Source: an uncultured Rikenella sp. (lineage in GTDB: Bacteria; Bacteroidota; Bacteroidia; Bacteroidales; VadinHA17). Taken from it: 31,459 nucleotides of DNA. Below the pieces are notes generated by a model that searched no databases, was not told the DNA's origin, and worked only from the letters and a program-made list of their open reading frames with translations. Both the position numbers and the translations under genes were made by a program. This document shows, in pieces, positions 27,397-31,459 of the stretch. The DNA lies in NCBI GenBank assembly GCA_964524635.1, contig CAZGDJ010000002.1:1-31459 (forward strand). Direction: 5' to 3'. Numbering within the stretch: position 1 is the first letter of the stretch; the number at the start of each line of letters is the position of its first letter.

Positions 27397-28293
27397 TTAA
27401 TCTTTAAAGAGAGCCGTACTCAGATACTTCTCACCCCTGTCAGGGAAAACCACCACAATTGTTCCTGACTCGATTTTTTTTGCGACCTCAAGTGCTGCAT
27501 ACATTGCAGCTCCGCTGCTCATACCTACAAAGATGCCCTCTTTTTTAACTATCTGTCGTGACATAGTATAGGCAACTTCTGTCTCAACCATTATTGTTTC
27601 ATCAATTATTGAAGGATCATAAATTGAAGGAACTATAGCTTCCTCCATATTCTTTAAACCCTGTATGTAATGACCTCTTACCGGATGAGCACAAACAATT
27701 TTTATTTTCGGGTTGTTTTCTCTGAGAGCTTTTCCAACACCCATTATTGTGCCTGATGTTCCTATAGATGATACAAAGTAATCTATTCTGCCGTTGGTCT
27801 GCTTCCATATTTCTTCTCCGGTTGTCTTATAATGAGCAATTTTGTTGTATCTGTTTGAAAACTGATCAGGCATAAAATACTTTTCAGGGTTTGTTTTAAT
27901 CAGCTCTCTCGCTTTAATAATAGCTCCATCTGTGCCCAATTCTGGATCTGTCAGGGTAACCCTGGCACCAAATGCCTTAATCATTTTAATTCTTTCAGCT
28001 GACACCATCCCGCTCATCACAATCTCAACATCATACCCTTTGACAGCTCCTATCATTGCCAAACCAATTCCGGTGTTACCTGATGTAGGTTCAATTATTG
28101 TTTTACCCTTAACAAGCGTGCCTTCTCCTTCTGCCTGCTCAATCATTTTCAATGCTATTCTGTCTTTTATACTTCCCGTAGGATTGAAACCTTCAACTTT
28201 TGCACATATGGTTACGTTGCTGTTCAGATTCAGGTGGTTGATTTTGACCAGTGGAGTGTTGCCGATAGTTTGTAAAATGTTTTCAAATATCAT
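27397..28293 (-). CDS. PLP-dependent cysteine synthase (CysK/CysM family)
   Basis: IGNTPLV, PLP lysine in GSIKDR, EPTSGNTG, GTSGT, GMSSGA, FPDRGEKYLST. Confidence 0.92.
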   Translation of the reverse strand: MIFENILQTIGNTPLVKINHLNLNSNVTICAKVEGFNPTGSIKDRIALKMIEQAEGEGTLVKGKTIIEPTSGNTGIGLAMIGAVKGYDVEIVMSGMVSAERIKMIKAFGARVTLTDPELGTDGAIIKARELIKTNPEKYFMPDQFSNRYNKIAHYKTTGEEIWKQTNGRIDYFVSSIGTSGTIMGVGKALRENNPKIKIVCAHPVRGHYIQGLKNMEEAIVPSIYDPSIIDETIMVETEVAYTMSRQIVKKEGIFVGMSSGAAMYAALEVAKKIESGTIVVVFPDRGEKYLSTALFKD

Positions 28294-28358
28294 AAAACAG
28301 GGTTATTAAAATATACTAAATATTCAATAATACTGAATAATTTCTAAAATTCAGGCTG

Positions 28359-28366
28359 CAAAATTA
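28359..28366 (-). promoter_or_regulatory. -7 promoter element for cysteine synthase
   Basis: CAAAATTA on + reads TAATTTTG on -. Confidence 0.55.
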
Positions 28367-28465
28367 CCAATATTTTGGAAATTGACTAAAAAGACTTTAA
28401 GGCATTTAGAGGGCATGCCTGAATACTTTCCGTAAAATAACAGGCAGGTTTATATCTGTCGGGTA

Positions 28466-29740
28466 TCAGTTAATATAAAACTGGATCATCCTTTCAATAG
28501 CCCTCTGGCATACCTCACAGAAATAGTCAGCATCATTGCTTTTCATACGGCAGTTAAATGAAGGTCTGAAGATTCCCCTTTTAACATAGCCACCTCCTTC
28601 AAATAAGCCTGTTACTCCGTCATACATTGGGTTATTCGGTGTAGGTACAGGTACCGATCTGGCTAACAGATCTTTCCATTTTGATTCAAAATTAACCCTG
28701 GTGGTAATATTTGGTTCCCATGGTTCAACTTTTAAAGGATAATACTCTTCATACGCTACCTCAGAGTCATAATATTCATCAGCCAGACCTGCAAAGCTAT
28801 GTCCGAATTCATGAGTCAGTACCATACGTGTGAATTTATGATCAGTGGTTGTGGCGCAGTAATAGTTATAAACGCCGCCGCCACCATATTTGGGACTGTT
28901 TATCAGTATTAATATCTGGTCATGAGGTGCTGCGGCTGCAAAGTCATTTACTGCCTTTATGTTCTGGGTTGTCAGATAGCGGTCTATGTTGAAAGTATAA
29001 TATGTAGAGTTTAGAGCAGTATTGACATAAATTCCTTCACCCGGAATATCTGTGCCGGACTCCTGTGAGACAGACTCAACAGCCCAGATATTTATGCGGT
29101 TGCGGAATTCATCAAAGGGCGGTTCTTCAAAAAGATAGTCTGCCATCCTCTTCACATCAGACCGGAATTTGTTCATTTCCTCTTTTGTGTACCCTTCGGA
29201 AAGAAAAACCAGGTCAAGTGATGTATGTGGATCACCAGAATCAACGATTTTGGTGACAGTAACATTTTCAGTCACCTCTTTAATGATAAAGTAGTTGGTC
29301 GGGTCAATCACCGTTTCGTACAGCTTGGTAAAAATGCCATTGCGGCCACGAATGCTTAAAACGAAGTTGATTTTGCTCTTTGGGTATGGGAAAGTGGCAA
29401 CCTCATAAAAACTACGTTTTATTTTCTTTGCTTCTGCTGTTGTCTGCCATTCCTGAAACAATGTGCAGAACCCTCTTGAATATATCAGTTTATTTGTTGC
29501 TGCGTCAAATATCTCATATTTGAAGTTCCCGTAATTAAAGGAGTCAACAAGGTTTGTCAGTGATCCGCCCCAGAAGGGTTCTTCTTTTATAGCAGAGGGG
29601 AAGACTTCAGTGGTAGTGTCGTTTCCTGCCAGATGAAAGTCAAACCTCATTGTTTTATCAATGAAATAACTTTCAAATACCGTCTGAGCCGATGAAAGTA
29701 TCGGTATGATCATCATTAATATAAGGAGGCCGCGTTTCAT
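28466..29740 (-). CDS. Secreted M64-family metallopeptidase
   Basis: Signal peptide ...ILSSA|Q; N-terminal domain DKTMRFDF; LSEGYT; YGGGG; HEFGHSFAGLADEY; C-terminal EGGGY...CRMK...CEVC. Confidence 0.9.
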   Translation of the reverse strand: MKRGLLILMMIIPILSSAQTVFESYFIDKTMRFDFHLAGNDTTTEVFPSAIKEEPFWGGSLTNLVDSFNYGNFKYEIFDAATNKLIYSRGFCTLFQEWQTTAEAKKIKRSFYEVATFPYPKSKINFVLSIRGRNGIFTKLYETVIDPTNYFIIKEVTENVTVTKIVDSGDPHTSLDLVFLSEGYTKEEMNKFRSDVKRMADYLFEEPPFDEFRNRINIWAVESVSQESGTDIPGEGIYVNTALNSTYYTFNIDRYLTTQNIKAVNDFAAAAPHDQILILINSPKYGGGGVYNYYCATTTDHKFTRMVLTHEFGHSFAGLADEYYDSEVAYEEYYPLKVEPWEPNITTRVNFESKWKDLLARSVPVPTPNNPMYDGVTGLFEGGGYVKRGIFRPSFNCRMKSNDADYFCEVCQRAIERMIQFYIN

Positions 29741-29832
29741 TTTATTAGATTTTGGGATAGTAAAGGTAATAAAGAGAAAGGCATTAAAAAAGATAATTTG
29801 TATTTTCGCAGCCGATAGGAATAAGGTAGAAA

Positions 29833-31068
29833 ATGTTTACATCTGTTGATCCTGCTCTGAAAATCAAAGAGATACTGGGGGATATTGGTATGTCACCGGG
29901 TGCCATTTCATGGCTTAGTACACTTGTTATGGTGTTTCTGGTCGGGCTGGCGGCATATTTAGCCTACCTGATTTCAAAAGCCATTATTCTGAAGATAGTA
30001 ACTGCCTGGGTAAAAAGATCAAAGTCTCCATATGATGATAAAATCCTGGAAGCTAAGGTATTTCACAGACTATCGTTGATAATTCCCGGTATGGTTATTT
30101 ATTTTATGGCCTCCTGGGCTCTGAAAAATAATCTTTTCTGGCTTACTTTTGTTCATAAGACCGCTGCACTCTATATCGTTATTCTGATAATTTCGACAAT
30201 ACTTACCTTCATTAATGCCTTACACCGGATCTACCTGATGCTGCCAATTTCAGAAGGCAGATCCATAAAAGGTTATGTTCAGTTTGTTCAGGCAATTATT
30301 GTTATTACGGGTGGACTTGTGATGCTTTCAGTTATTTTCAGAATTGACATTAAGAGTATCATTGCAGGTCTGGGAGCATTCACTGCAGTACTGGTCTTTA
30401 TTTTCAGGGATACACTCCTGGGTTTCGTGGCAAGTGTGAACTTATCATCAAATAATCTTCTCAGGCTTGGAGACTGGATTACGGTTCCCGGAAGAAACAT
30501 TGACGGAACTGTAATAGACATGTCACTTCAGACTGTTAAGGTGGAAAATTTTGATAAGACTATTATAACAGTTCCTACATATGCCCTTGTTTCTGAGTCT
30601 TTTCAGAACTGGAAAGGGATGGAGGAAGCAGGTGTAAGACGAATTAAGCGTGAAATACGAATTGATGTGAGATCTATCTCCCTGCTTGATGCTGACATGG
30701 TAAAACGGCTTCAAAAAATGCAGCAGATGGAGAACTATCTTGAAGAAAATAAAAATGCCGTGGAAGCTATACTTAAAGGTGAGCATTCAACACTGACCAA
30801 CATTGGCGCATTCAGGGCATATATGCTGGACTATCTGCTGAAGCATGAGTATATTGATGAGGAACTCCCTGTAACGTTACGTGACATGCCACCGGATGAA
30901 AACGGGATGCCGCTCGAAGTATACTGTTTCTGCACTATTAATGAATGGATTCCCTTCGAGAACATACAATCCAATATTTTAGATTACCTGTATGCTATGA
31001 CTGGCAAATTCGGATTGAAGATTTTCCAGAATCCTACGGGCAGCGATTTTGAGAACCTTAAGAAATAA
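29833..31068 (+). CDS. Small/mini-conductance mechanosensitive channel (MscS family, YbdG-like)
   Basis: Multiple TM helices; IFRDTLLGFVASV, GDWITVP, VKVENFDKTIITVP, SFQNWKGM, RRIKR. Confidence 0.9.
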   Translation: MFTSVDPALKIKEILGDIGMSPGAISWLSTLVMVFLVGLAAYLAYLISKAIILKIVTAWVKRSKSPYDDKILEAKVFHRLSLIIPGMVIYFMASWALKNNLFWLTFVHKTAALYIVILIISTILTFINALHRIYLMLPISEGRSIKGYVQFVQAIIVITGGLVMLSVIFRIDIKSIIAGLGAFTAVLVFIFRDTLLGFVASVNLSSNNLLRLGDWITVPGRNIDGTVIDMSLQTVKVENFDKTIITVPTYALVSESFQNWKGMEEAGVRRIKREIRIDVRSISLLDADMVKRLQKMQQMENYLEENKNAVEAILKGEHSTLTNIGAFRAYMLDYLLKHEYIDEELPVTLRDMPPDENGMPLEVYCFCTINEWIPFENIQSNILDYLYAMTGKFGLKIFQNPTGSDFENLKK

Positions 31069-31089
31069 TAATAACTATATAAACAAATT

Positions 31090-31459
31090 ATGACACCTAA
31101 TTTTAATCTGAAAGTAAAAGAGTTCATTCATGCAAATATTAATGAAACACCAGTCATTGGGAGGGAGGATGATTTATGGAAAGCATTAAGGGAAACGGGG
31201 ACAGAGCTATGGCTTGATACAGGAGACATTGCAGAGGCAGAGGTAAACTGGAGCGCTGAAATGTCAGCTCTTACAACAAACAATACACTGCTGAACAATG
31301 AGATACAAAAAGGTATTTATGATACTTTTATTCCTTCAGCAATTGAGCTTGTGAGTCATCTTCCGGTCAGGGAGCAGATCATGGAGATTGCATTTATTCT
31401 TAATGCCCGACATGGTCTCCGCCTGGCAAAAAAATTTGGGGGTCTCGTAAGTGTTGAAC
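31090..31459 (+). CDS. Transaldolase-family protein, partial (runs off the window end; not in the ORF track)
   Basis: Hand translation: MTPNFNLKVKEFIHANINETPVIGREDDLWKALRETGTELWLDTGDIAEAEVNWSAEMSALTTNNTLLNNEIQKGIYD...KKFGGLVSVE; no stop codon; contains LWLDTGD, TTN and VSVE transaldolase motifs. Confidence 0.78.
   Translation, partial: MTPNFNLKVKEFIHANINETPVIGREDDLWKALRETGTELWLDTGDIAEAEVNWSAEMSALTTNNTLLNNEIQKGIYDTFIPSAIELVSHLPVREQIMEIAFILNARHGLRLAKKFGGLVSVE

Overview
This window is a gene-dense chromosomal segment made up mostly of housekeeping genes. It most likely comes from a Bacteroidota (Bacteroidales-like) bacterium. That assignment is an inference from recurring TAnnTTTG -7 promoter motifs, AT-rich leaders without Shine-Dalgarno motifs, and typical gene pairs (bcp-recA, smpB-Yip1, slt-uvrA-LOG). 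Gene order: a 5'-disrupted beta-propeller/Y_Y_Y/LuxR regulator; an orphan protein with ADP-ribosyltransferase-like motifs; znuACB-lpdA; an ECF sigma factor with a dual-membrane-spanning (Dma/Reo-like) anti-sigma; a lytic transglycosylase; uvrA; LOG; smpB; Yip1; miaA; a membrane-anchored MutS-like ATPase; GNAT; pnuC; a lactonase; an S9 peptidase; an unknown lipoprotein; recA; bcp; a TPR/SPOR-clpS-nfeD-floA cluster; cysteine synthase; an M64 peptidase; MscS; and a partial atypical transaldolase that the ORF track misses. I found no rRNA, tRNA, CRISPR array, transposase, phage gene or recognisable defence system. The least explained signals are: (i) a dispersed heptamer-based hairpin repeat present twice in opposite orientation with a 29-nt exact match, plus other short-period intergenic repeats; (ii) the solo ART-like ORF; (iii) the SPOR-clpS-nfeD-floA cluster; (iv) the TTNN-variant transaldolase. 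All protein calls come from reading motifs by eye; no database searches were run.
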